A program made the translations under genes and the position numbers. From Spirochaetia bacterium (lineage in GTDB: Bacteria; Spirochaetota; Spirochaetia; SZUA-6; Bin103), in assembly GCA_965203905.1 (NCBI GenBank), contig CBDBDQ010000005.1:32001-96000 (forward strand): 64,000 bases of DNA. Direction: 5' to 3'. Under the pieces are notes generated by a model. That model was not told the origin of the DNA. It made no database searches and saw only the letters and a list, made by a program, of their open reading frames with translations. Below, piece after piece: positions 41,910 to 50,595 of this stretch (position 1 is its first letter; each line of letters opens with the position of its first letter).

Positions 41910-43259
41910 TCAGCCGCCCAACTGCGCGACCATCTGTTGTTGCAGCTTCTTGTTCTTGGTCATTTTTTTCATGGCCAGCGACATCTTGTCGAATTTGCGC
42001 ACCAGCCGATTCACCTCCGACACCGTGGTGCCGCTGCCTCTCGCCACCCGTTTACGCCGGCTGGGACCGAGAATACGCGGATTGTCGCGCTCGGCCGGAG
42101 TCATGGACAACATGATCGCCTCCTCGCGGCGCAGCGCCTTCTCGTTTACCGCTCCCGAGGCAACGGCGCCTTGCATGCCCGGCAGCTTCTCGAGCACCGA
42201 TGTCAGGCTACCCATCTTGCGCAACTCGACGAGCTGCTCCAGGTAGTCGGCCATGGTGAACCGGCGGCGCTTCATCTTGCGCACCAGGCGTTGCGCCCGT
42301 TCCTGGTCGAAGGTCTCCTGCGCCTGCTCGACCAGGGTGACCACGTCGCCCATCCCCAGGATCCGCGATGCCATCCGGTCGGGGAAGAACGGCTCCAGCG
42401 CCTGGTGCGACTCGCCGGTGCCGACGAACTTGATCGGCTTGCCGGTAACCTCGCGAATCGACAGCGCCGCGCCGCCGCGGGTGTCGGAGTCGAACTTACT
42501 AAGAATAACCCCGCTGAGTCCGACCTGGCGATCAAATTCTCCGGCCACGTCGACGGCGGTCTGGCCGGTCATGGCGTCGGCAACGAGCAGGGTCTCCTGC
42601 GGTGTGGCGGTGGCGTGGATCTCGCGCAACTCGGCCATGAGCTGGTCATCCACCTGCAGCCGCCCGGCGCTGTCCACGATCGCGACGTTGCAGCCGATCC
42701 GCTCGGCGTGGCGCAACCCCTCCCGCACGGTGGCGACGGCGGCCTTGCCGGTCGCCCCGGCGGCGCCGTCCGGGCCGCTGAACACGGGCACGTCGAGAGC
42801 GGCTCCGAGCTGCTGCAGCTGCTCGATGGCGGCGGGGCGCACCCGGTCCGCGGCGATCAGCATCGGTTTGCGACCCTGTCCGGCGAGATGATGCGCCAGC
42901 TTGGCGGCGGTGGTGGTCTTGCCCGAACCCTGCAATCCGAGCAGCAGGATGCTGGTCAGGGTGTCGGGGCCCCTGAGGCCCAGCTCGGACCTCTCTCCGC
43001 CAAGCAGGGCGGTCATCCGTTCCAGCACGATCTTGACGAACTGCTGGCCGGGCGACACGTCCCGCAGCACGCGCGCGCCGAGAGCCGCTTCCGTGGTGCG
43101 GTTGACGAAGCGGCGCACTACGCGCAGATTTACATCCGCTTCGAGCAGGGCTACCTTGATCTCTCGAACCGCATCCTGGATGTTTTTCTCTGTGATGTGG
43201 GCTTTGCCGGAGACCTGACGCATTACGTCTCCAAGCTTGCTGGTGAGCCCGTCGAACAT
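41910..43259 (-). CDS. ffh: Signal recognition particle protein
   Basis: GLQGSGKTT, DSAGR, RILGMGD and an M-domain. Confidence 0.98.
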   Translation of the reverse strand: MFDGLTSKLGDVMRQVSGKAHITEKNIQDAVREIKVALLEADVNLRVVRRFVNRTTEAALGARVLRDVSPGQQFVKIVLERMTALLGGERSELGLRGPDTLTSILLLGLQGSGKTTTAAKLAHHLAGQGRKPMLIAADRVRPAAIEQLQQLGAALDVPVFSGPDGAAGATGKAAVATVREGLRHAERIGCNVAIVDSAGRLQVDDQLMAELREIHATATPQETLLVADAMTGQTAVDVAGEFDRQVGLSGVILSKFDSDTRGGAALSIREVTGKPIKFVGTGESHQALEPFFPDRMASRILGMGDVVTLVEQAQETFDQERAQRLVRKMKRRRFTMADYLEQLVELRKMGSLTSVLEKLPGMQGAVASGAVNEKALRREEAIMLSMTPAERDNPRILGPSRRKRVARGSGTTVSEVNRLVRKFDKMSLAMKKMTKNKKLQQQMVAQLGG

Positions 43260-43299
43260 AGGCGTTCTTGTATAGCCGTCCCGCTATCCTCGTGTCAAC

Positions 43300-44763
43300 G
43301 TGGAGGGGAGATGTCCGGAGATGTCGCCGAGCTACCCGGTTTACCGGCGTCGCGCCGATCCGCTATCTTTGCAGGGGGAATCGCGCCCGCCAGTTGTGTC
43401 TGCCGTTCGAGGTAAATCCGCCAGCACTGGAACAGCCGCTGCTGTATCTGCCGCCGCTGTGTCCGCCGCCGCAGTGCTCGCTCTGTGCTCCGCGCTGCTG
43501 CTGATCACCGGCTGCGGCCCGCGCGACCAGCCGGTGGCGGAGAAGGCACCGTTCGCGGTGGCCGAGCAGCAACAGGTCACCCGCAGTCAGGAGAGCAGCG
43601 ACGACAGCCAGTCCCTGCTCAGCGTTCAGCTTCGTACCTTCGACGAGCTGGTCAGTGCGCTGCGCGAGCACTACGTGTACAGCGAGCACCACGCGGTGCC
43701 GTGGGACGACCTGGAGAGCCGCTACCGCACCAAGGTGCTGAGCCTGCTGCGCAGCACCGAGTTCCCCGACGTGGTGCGGGACATGCTCGCCGAGCTGCCC
43801 GCCGACGCGGCGGTGTGGCAGTCTCGCGACGAGCGCATCGATCTGCAGTCCACCGACGCCCGCTCCTACGAGGGAATCGGCGCCTACATCGCGTTCCGCC
43901 CCGACCCGCTGCCGCGGGTCATTCTGCTGTCCGTGCTGCCCGGCTCGCCGGCCGCCCAGGCGGGATTGCGGGATCACGACAGCCTGCTTGCCGTGGACGG
44001 AATCCCGGTGCGCCGCGAAGAGGGCGAGGGCGTAGTCACGCGGATTCGCGGACCGGCCGGTTCGGTGGTGAACCTCAGCGTGCGCTCGCCGCACCAGGAA
44101 CCGCGCAACGTAGCGGTCACCCGAGGCCGCGTGCAGTTGACCGAGGGTGCCAACCGGGTGCGCTACGCCGTGCTCCCGGAGTCCGACATCGGCTACCTGC
44201 TGCTGCCACGGCAGACGACCTCGTCGCTGGTCACCGAGGTGGCGCAGTCTCTCACCCTCATGACGCAGCAGACCGCCCTGCGGGGGTTGATCCTGGATCT
44301 GCGCATCGCGGCGCTGGGGGGCGGCTGGCCGCTCGAGGAAATGCTCACCATGTTCGGCGACGGAGCCCTGGGCGAGATGTACACGACCACGGAAACCCTG
44401 CCGGTACAGGTCACGGGGCAGGACGTGGCCGGCTCGCAGTCGCTGCCGCTGGCGCTGCTCATCGGGCCCGACACGGAGGGCCTGCCGGAGATCTTCGCCG
44501 CCGCGCTGCAGAGCAGCGGCCGCGCGATCCTGTTCGGCTCCCGTACCAGCGGCGACATCGAGAACAACCACCTGGTACCGCTCCCGGATGGGTCGCGAGT
44601 GCTGATTTCCAGCACCTCGTACCGCACCTCTACCGGGCTGGATGTAGGTCTCAGCGGCCTGGAGCCCAACCTGCCGGTGAGATACGACTGGGACGCCGTT
44701 TCGGAGCAGGCCGACCCGGTTCGCGAGGCATCTCAGGCGGCGTTGCTGAGGGTGGGTGGTTGA
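43300..44763 (+). CDS. S41 (CtpA-like) PDZ protease homolog, lipoprotein, catalytic Ser/Lys apparently substituted
   Basis: LITGC lipobox, PDZ (EGIGA...GSPAAQAGL), GLILDLR and EIFAAALQ..GRA..G.RT.G. The start is uncertain. Confidence 0.82.
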   Translation: MEGRCPEMSPSYPVYRRRADPLSLQGESRPPVVSAVRGKSASTGTAAAVSAAAVSAAAVLALCSALLLITGCGPRDQPVAEKAPFAVAEQQQVTRSQESSDDSQSLLSVQLRTFDELVSALREHYVYSEHHAVPWDDLESRYRTKVLSLLRSTEFPDVVRDMLAELPADAAVWQSRDERIDLQSTDARSYEGIGAYIAFRPDPLPRVILLSVLPGSPAAQAGLRDHDSLLAVDGIPVRREEGEGVVTRIRGPAGSVVNLSVRSPHQEPRNVAVTRGRVQLTEGANRVRYAVLPESDIGYLLLPRQTTSSLVTEVAQSLTLMTQQTALRGLILDLRIAALGGGWPLEEMLTMFGDGALGEMYTTTETLPVQVTGQDVAGSQSLPLALLIGPDTEGLPEIFAAALQSSGRAILFGSRTSGDIENNHLVPLPDGSRVLISSTSYRTSTGLDVGLSGLEPNLPVRYDWDAVSEQADPVREASQAALLRVGG

Positions 44764-46118
44764 TGCCCGGATACCGGCGCAGCGTCGGTCGCACGCGAGC
44801 GTCACGAGCCGCGCGCCGCTGGCGTATCGGGCTCGGGCTGCTGCTGCTGAGCGCACTGCTGACGGCGGCCTGCGCGCGCGACGAGGTGACCATCGGCCAG
44901 AGCCCGCTGCTGCGCTTCGTCGAACGCAAGTCGGGGCGCATTGCGGTAATGGGCTCCGACGGCAACATCTACACCATGGACCAGGCGGGCGGCGCGCAGG
45001 TGGCGGTAACCGAAGATGCGGTCATTCCCGACGAGACCCAGGGGCTGGTGCGCTACTACCAGTTTCCGGCCTGGGCTCCGGACGACTCGCGGCTGGCGTT
45101 CATCGGCTACCAGGGCAACGACCAGTTCGCCACCACCACCAGCGTGTTCACGACGGCGCCGGACGGCTCCAACATCGTACAGGCCTTCTCCAGCGGGCAG
45201 TACCTGCCGCGCAACCTGTACTGGTCGCCCGATGGCGAATGGCTCACGTTTCTCACCTCCACCTCGGGCAGCACGGCATCGGCGCTGCAGATGGTGCCCG
45301 CCGCCGGCGGCGAGGCCACCAAGCTTGACGCCGGCAACCCGTTCTACTGGTCGTGGGCTCCGGACGGACGTACCATCCTGGTGCACGCCGGGGGCTCCGG
45401 AATGGCCTATCGCTCACGGCTCGCCTTCCTCAACGTCGAGGGCGCGATCTACGAAGAGGGTATGGCGCTGCGGCCGGCCGCGTTCCAGGCCCCGGCATGG
45501 TCGCCGGACGGTACCCGTCTGCTGGTGGCTGCACAGTCGGGGGACCAGGCCGAGCTGGTGGTGACCAATCGCGAAGGATCGCTCTACCGGGTGTTGACCC
45601 GGGCCGACGCCGCCCTCGCCTTCGCCTGGTCGCCGGACGCCAAGCAGGTGGCGTACGTGGCGCGCAACCGCGGCGAAACGGGGCTCCAGGGGAACCTCGC
45701 GGTGGTCGACCTGGAGGCTCGTGGCGCCGAGCCGCAGGTGCTGACCGAGGACACGTTCGTGCTGGGATTCTTCTGGTCGCCCGACAGCGACAAGATCGCC
45801 TACTTCGTGCCCGGCACCTACGTGAATCCCGAAGACGAGGCCCAACAGACCATCTTCCTGACCCTGTACGTCCACAACCTGCGCAAGCAGTCGTCCCGCG
45901 AGATTCAGAGCTTCGTCCCCACCTCGCAGTTCATGGCCGTGGTGCAGCAGTTCGACCAGTTCTATCTCGCGACCCGGGTCTGGTCGCCGGACAGCCGCAA
46001 CATCCTGTATGCGGCCCTCTCGCAGCAGGGGCCCGGCATCATGGTGGCAAAGGCCGACGGCAACATCGCCCCGCGCAGGGTCACCGATGGCCTGATCGGC
46101 TTCTGGTCTTGGCGCTGA
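44763..46118 (+). CDS. TolB/PD40-type beta-propeller lipoprotein 1
   Basis: LLTAAC lipobox and about 7 W(S/A)PD repeats. The ATG overlaps the upstream stop. Confidence 0.85.
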   Translation: MPGYRRSVGRTRASRAARRWRIGLGLLLLSALLTAACARDEVTIGQSPLLRFVERKSGRIAVMGSDGNIYTMDQAGGAQVAVTEDAVIPDETQGLVRYYQFPAWAPDDSRLAFIGYQGNDQFATTTSVFTTAPDGSNIVQAFSSGQYLPRNLYWSPDGEWLTFLTSTSGSTASALQMVPAAGGEATKLDAGNPFYWSWAPDGRTILVHAGGSGMAYRSRLAFLNVEGAIYEEGMALRPAAFQAPAWSPDGTRLLVAAQSGDQAELVVTNREGSLYRVLTRADAALAFAWSPDAKQVAYVARNRGETGLQGNLAVVDLEARGAEPQVLTEDTFVLGFFWSPDSDKIAYFVPGTYVNPEDEAQQTIFLTLYVHNLRKQSSREIQSFVPTSQFMAVVQQFDQFYLATRVWSPDSRNILYAALSQQGPGIMVAKADGNIAPRRVTDGLIGFWSWR

Positions 46119-46132
46119 GGGCGGCAGATTCG

Positions 46133-47473
46133 TTGCGCGGATGGCGGCGCCGCGGGATCGGGCGTGGCCTGCTGCTGCTGCTGCTGACCGCCCTGCTGCT
46201 GACCGCCTGCGGTGAACGCCGGCCGCAGTTCCAGACCAGCCCACTGCTGCAGGTGTTGCAGCGCAAGGTCGGCCGCATCGGCTTCATCGGCCCGGACGGC
46301 AATGTCTACAGCATCGATCAGAGCGGCGGCGGACAGACTCCGCTGACGGAAGATGCCGGCACCAACCGGGCGGCGCGGACCGCCGTCGCCTACATGCAAC
46401 CCACCTGGGCTCCGGACGGCCGGCGCATGGCGTTTGCGCGCACGGCGGTCACCGGACAGCGCCGCCTGCTGGCCTCGATCTGGGTAACCGCCGGTCCCGG
46501 CAGTCCGCCGCGCGAGGTGTTCAACACCAGTTCCCTGCGCCCCATCTATCTCTACTGGTCACCGGACAGCGAGATGCTGACCCTGTTGTCACAACCGCTC
46601 GGCTCCGCGGAGCTTGAGCTTGGCGTGATCGAGCTCGACCAGGACGTGTACCGAACCCTGGATCAGGGCCAGCCCTACTACTGGAGCTGGCTGCCGGACA
46701 ATAGCGCGCTGGTGACCCACGTGGGCGGTGACGTGCGCCTCAACGCCGCGGCGCGACTGTCGCTGGTGCCACTCGATCCACTGCGCAGCAAGGCCGACTT
46801 CAACGTACCGCCGGCCTCCTTCCAGTCGCCTGCGGTGTCACCGGACGGCCGCTACATGGCGTACGTCACCACCACCAGGGACGGCACCAGCCTGGTAGCG
46901 CGCGAACTCGATGGCCCCGATGAACGGCTGCTGACCGACGTGCCAGGCTTCGCCTACTTCGCCTACGCGCCGCGCGGAGACCGGATCGCGGTGATGAAGA
47001 GCGCCACGCCGGGGCCCTCCGCCGACGGCCAGCTGGCGATCATCGATACCTCCAGCGGCCGCGAGACGATCCTGCCCCACGATGACGTGATAGCCTTCTT
47101 CTGGGCGCCGAACGGCAACCGCATCGCCTATCTGGTGCCGGCGCGTCCGGAGAACGAGCAGGGGCTGGAGCTGGACCCGGTGTTTGCGCGCGAGGGACGC
47201 CTGTTCTACGCCGAGCTGCGGGTGGCCGACGTGCGCCGGGGGAACTCCTGGCGGGTAGTCCAGTTCCCGCTCAGCGAAGGGTTCCTGCGTCTCCACCTGC
47301 CGTTCTTCGACCAGTACCTGCGCTCGACCTCGATCTGGTCACCCAACAGCCGCTTCCTCACCTACGCCGCGCTCACCGCCGTCGGCGGTCCGGGCATCTT
47401 CGTGTCAGCCGCCAGCGGCGCGTTGCGTCCGCAGTTCGTGGCGGCCGGCGACCTCGCCTTCTGGTCGCGCTGA
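46133..47473 (+). CDS. TolB/PD40-type beta-propeller lipoprotein 2 (paralog)
   Basis: LLTAC lipobox and W(S/A)P(D/N) repeats; collinear with lipoprotein 1. TTG start at 46133 or 46109. Confidence 0.83.
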   Translation: MRGWRRRGIGRGLLLLLLTALLLTACGERRPQFQTSPLLQVLQRKVGRIGFIGPDGNVYSIDQSGGGQTPLTEDAGTNRAARTAVAYMQPTWAPDGRRMAFARTAVTGQRRLLASIWVTAGPGSPPREVFNTSSLRPIYLYWSPDSEMLTLLSQPLGSAELELGVIELDQDVYRTLDQGQPYYWSWLPDNSALVTHVGGDVRLNAAARLSLVPLDPLRSKADFNVPPASFQSPAVSPDGRYMAYVTTTRDGTSLVARELDGPDERLLTDVPGFAYFAYAPRGDRIAVMKSATPGPSADGQLAIIDTSSGRETILPHDDVIAFFWAPNGNRIAYLVPARPENEQGLELDPVFAREGRLFYAELRVADVRRGNSWRVVQFPLSEGFLRLHLPFFDQYLRSTSIWSPNSRFLTYAALTAVGGPGIFVSAASGALRPQFVAAGDLAFWSR

Positions 47474-47486
47474 GCCTGACGCTCAC

Positions 47487-49406
47487 TCAACGCGGCAGCT
47501 CGCTCGCTGCCGCGGCGGCTGGAGTCTCCGGCTCAGACGGTGGTGGTGGCAGCAACTCCGGCGGGGTCTCGGGCTTGTTGGGGCCGAGAATGGCGATCAC
47601 CTGCTTGGTGCTGAGCGAATTGTGCTCCAACAGGTTCTCCGCCAGCTCGATCAACTCGGCGTGGTGGTCACGCAGCAGCCGTTCGGTACGCTCCTGCAGG
47701 TCCACCCACATGCGCCGTAGCGCTGCCTGCGCGTCGCGATCGGCAACACTTCCGCCGGTGGAGTCGCGCCCGGTGCGCCAGTCGACCACCGGCGGACCGA
47801 AGTAGCCCTCGTTGTAAAGGCGCCACAACCGCTCCCGCACCATGGGGTAATCGCCACCGGAGGCGCCGGTGAACGACTCTCCCAGCACCACGCGCATCGC
47901 CGCCTGGCCGGCCAGGCACACCATCATGTCACGCACGATGCGGCTCAGTGGCTGCGAGTACATCTCCACCTCGTCCATCGGCAGCACGAAGCCGAGGGCG
48001 TCACCCCGGCGCACGATGGTGATGTGGGCGATGCGGGTGTCGGGCATCAGGTAGTGCTGGGCGACGGCGTGGCCCGCCTCGTGCACCGCGACCTCCCAGC
48101 GCTGCTGTTCCGCCATCTCCTCGATCGGGTTCTCGATGCCGGTGTACTGCTGCAGGAACGCTCTCTCGATATCCTGCTGCGATACGGCGTTGCGGTGGTC
48201 GAACAGAGCCACGCGCACGGCGTCCTTGGTGATGGCGGCCATGATCTGGGCCGGGGTGGCGGCGCGGTTGTTCATGACGATGGCTTCGATATCCACCGAT
48301 TCGTCATGGTTTACGGTGCGCAGGTACCCTTCGACGATCTCGCGCCGGCCGGTACGGTCGGGCAGATCGACCTTGATGAGCTGATCGAACCGTCCGGGCC
48401 GCTTGAGGGCCGGGTCAATCACGTCGGGCCGGTTGGTCGAGCCCATGAACAGTACGTGCCAGTTGCGTTCGGGAGCCTTCTTGCCCATGATCTGGAACAG
48501 CTTGCCCTTCAGTTTCTCCTTGAGGGTCTTGCTGTCGATTCCATCCATTTCGTAGAGCAAACGCGTCAGCGCGCCGGTGCCGCCGCCCATGAAGCCGCCC
48601 ATGCCGCCGCCGCCGCCTTCACCCATCACGCCGCCGCGACTCTGGGCAACGGCGTCGATCTCGTCGATGTAGGCGATGGCCGCGCCATAACGCTGCGCCA
48701 GCTTGCGCGCCTTGCGGATGAACCAGATCATCTTCATCACGTCCACGCCCCAGAACATGGCGCGGAACCCGGAGCCCTCGATCGATATGAAGGCAACCCC
48801 CGCCTCGCCGGCCATCGCCTTCGCGAGCATGGTCTTGCCGGTACCGGGAGGACCGTAGAGCAGCAGGCCGTTGATGTAGCGGCCGCCCATCTCCACGAAC
48901 TGCTGGCGGTCCGACAGCAGCCCCAGCCACTGGCGTACCAGCCGCTTCAGACGCGGCTGCCCCCAGTAGTCGTCGAAGGTGATGATCTTGGGATCTTCCG
49001 GGCGGATGCGCTCGATCTTGGAGCGCGACATGAACCAGAACAGCGACCCGAACTGGACCAGCATGAACAGGATCGCGAACAGGAGTTGGCCAAGGAACTG
49101 CAGGAGCCCCAGAAAGACGTTGAGCAGCGTCTCGTTGGACCAGATCAGGACGGCGGCACCGGCGATCACTACCAGCGGGGCCACCTTGCGGATGAGCTGG
49201 CGCATCTTCTTGCTCAGCCGACGCTGCTGTTTGACCACCTCGATGCGGTGCTTGACCAGGTCGGGGACACGCACGTTCTGCCAGAAGCCCTGCTGCTTGG
49301 AGTCCGGGGAACTGCCGTTCTGGGCCGCGTCGGGAGCCGCCGCTTCCGGTGCCGGCGCGCCTTCCTGACTCTCGACGGGGCGCTCTTCGTTTGGCTTGTC
49401 GGACAT
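47487..49406 (-). CDS. FtsH-like AAA+ zinc metalloprotease (M41), atypical
   Basis: GPPGTGKT, IDEIDAV, STNRPDVIDPALKRPGRFD and HEAGH; N-terminal TM pair. Confidence 0.9.
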   Translation of the reverse strand: MSDKPNEERPVESQEGAPAPEAAAPDAAQNGSSPDSKQQGFWQNVRVPDLVKHRIEVVKQQRRLSKKMRQLIRKVAPLVVIAGAAVLIWSNETLLNVFLGLLQFLGQLLFAILFMLVQFGSLFWFMSRSKIERIRPEDPKIITFDDYWGQPRLKRLVRQWLGLLSDRQQFVEMGGRYINGLLLYGPPGTGKTMLAKAMAGEAGVAFISIEGSGFRAMFWGVDVMKMIWFIRKARKLAQRYGAAIAYIDEIDAVAQSRGGVMGEGGGGGMGGFMGGGTGALTRLLYEMDGIDSKTLKEKLKGKLFQIMGKKAPERNWHVLFMGSTNRPDVIDPALKRPGRFDQLIKVDLPDRTGRREIVEGYLRTVNHDESVDIEAIVMNNRAATPAQIMAAITKDAVRVALFDHRNAVSQQDIERAFLQQYTGIENPIEEMAEQQRWEVAVHEAGHAVAQHYLMPDTRIAHITIVRRGDALGFVLPMDEVEMYSQPLSRIVRDMMVCLAGQAAMRVVLGESFTGASGGDYPMVRERLWRLYNEGYFGPPVVDWRTGRDSTGGSVADRDAQAALRRMWVDLQERTERLLRDHHAELIELAENLLEHNSLSTKQVIAILGPNKPETPPELLPPPPSEPETPAAAAASELPR

Positions 49407-49558
49407 AGTCATCTCCAGCGCCGCCCGGGGCGGCACTCACGGATCAGTAGATAATCTACCAGATCCTGCCGTATAGTCCAGCCAAACTACGTCATTGCCC
49501 GGAGGTTGTCTCCGGCAGCCGGACATGCAGCCCGCCGTCAGGCGGCAGAGGAGTGGCC

Positions 49559-49846
49559 ATGGGGCAACGCGGTGAGCTGTTCAGTTCGCGCGCGAACACG
49601 GACAAACGGACCTACTTCTTCAACGTCAAGGAGAATCGCAGCGGCGACCTGTTCCTCAACATCGTCGAGAGCCGGAAGCGCGAGTCGCTCGACGGCGCTG
49701 CCGACCGAGGTTTCGAACGCCATTCGCTGATGGTGTACGAAGAGGATCTGGCCGCCTTCGTGGCCGCCTTCGAGCAAGCCGTCGGCTACGCCCGCCGGCA
49801 CCTCCGGCCGGACCGACCGCGACCATCCGCCGCGCGCCGGCAGTAG
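49559..49846 (+). CDS. PUR-domain (DUF3276, BpuR-like) nucleic-acid-binding protein
   Basis: ELFS...RTYFFNVKENRSGDLFLNIVES; adjacent to rnhB and smc. Confidence 0.88.
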   Translation: MGQRGELFSSRANTDKRTYFFNVKENRSGDLFLNIVESRKRESLDGAADRGFERHSLMVYEEDLAAFVAAFEQAVGYARRHLRPDRPRPSAARRQ

Positions 49847-49868
49847 TCCGTCCGCCCGCTCGGGACGC

Positions 49869-50423
49869 TCAGGAACCGGTCCGAAACGAGTGCCGGTGGA
49901 TCGGCGAGCGACCGTGCAGGCGAACCAGGAAGCGATGACTCGGGGTGGCATAGCCCTTGTGCTCGTGAAACCGCCAGGCCGGCTCGATGCGCGCGTAACG
50001 CGTCATGAAGCGGTCCCGCTCGGTCTTGGCGATGATCGACGCGGCCATGATCTCCGGCACCAGGGCGTCGCCCTTGACGATGGCGGTGCACGGCACGGCC
50101 AGCGGCAGGCGAAAGCGGCCGTCGATGAGCACCTCGTCCGGCTGCACGCGGAGGGCGCGCAGGGCCCGCCACATGGCCAGCAGCGACGCGCGGTGGATGT
50201 TGATGCGATCGATCTCTTCGGCGGAGCACCAGCCCGTGGCCCAGGCCGTGGCCTGCTGGCGGATGGTTGCGGCCGCCGTCGCGCGCTCTTCCGCGGTGAG
50301 TTGCTTTGAGTCATTCAGGCAGGCTGTGGGAAATCCCCGCGGCAGGACCACGGCGGCGGCCGTAACGGGCCCCGCAAGGGGGCCGCGACCGGCCTCATCG
50401 ACTCCGCAGCGCAGCGCTGGCAC
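49869..50423 (-). CDS. rnhB: Ribonuclease HII
   Basis: GVDEAGRGPLAGPV, DSKQL, KGD, AASIIAK and HKGY. Start placed at GTG 50423. Confidence 0.95.
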   Translation of the reverse strand: MPALRCGVDEAGRGPLAGPVTAAAVVLPRGFPTACLNDSKQLTAEERATAAATIRQQATAWATGWCSAEEIDRINIHRASLLAMWRALRALRVQPDEVLIDGRFRLPLAVPCTAIVKGDALVPEIMAASIIAKTERDRFMTRYARIEPAWRFHEHKGYATPSHRFLVRLHGRSPIHRHSFRTGS

Positions 50424-50595
50424 CGGCCCAGCATACCGTGTGGCACTGCCGCCTGGCACAGGCCGAGCCCGGGCACATTTGCGTATCGCAGGGGGTCGCC
50501 GTTCACCTGCGGGAGGCGTGGGAGGGCCGTGGGAGGGCCGCCATGGCGTTGACCGCGCGCTGTTTCCGGTGGTACAGTGATCCTTGAACTGGGAG

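Noticed and set aside
43435-43479. 15-bp x3 repeat (AAAVS) at the S41 gene start as a phase-variation tract
   Set aside because: The unit is a multiple of 3 and degenerate, so it would not switch the frame.
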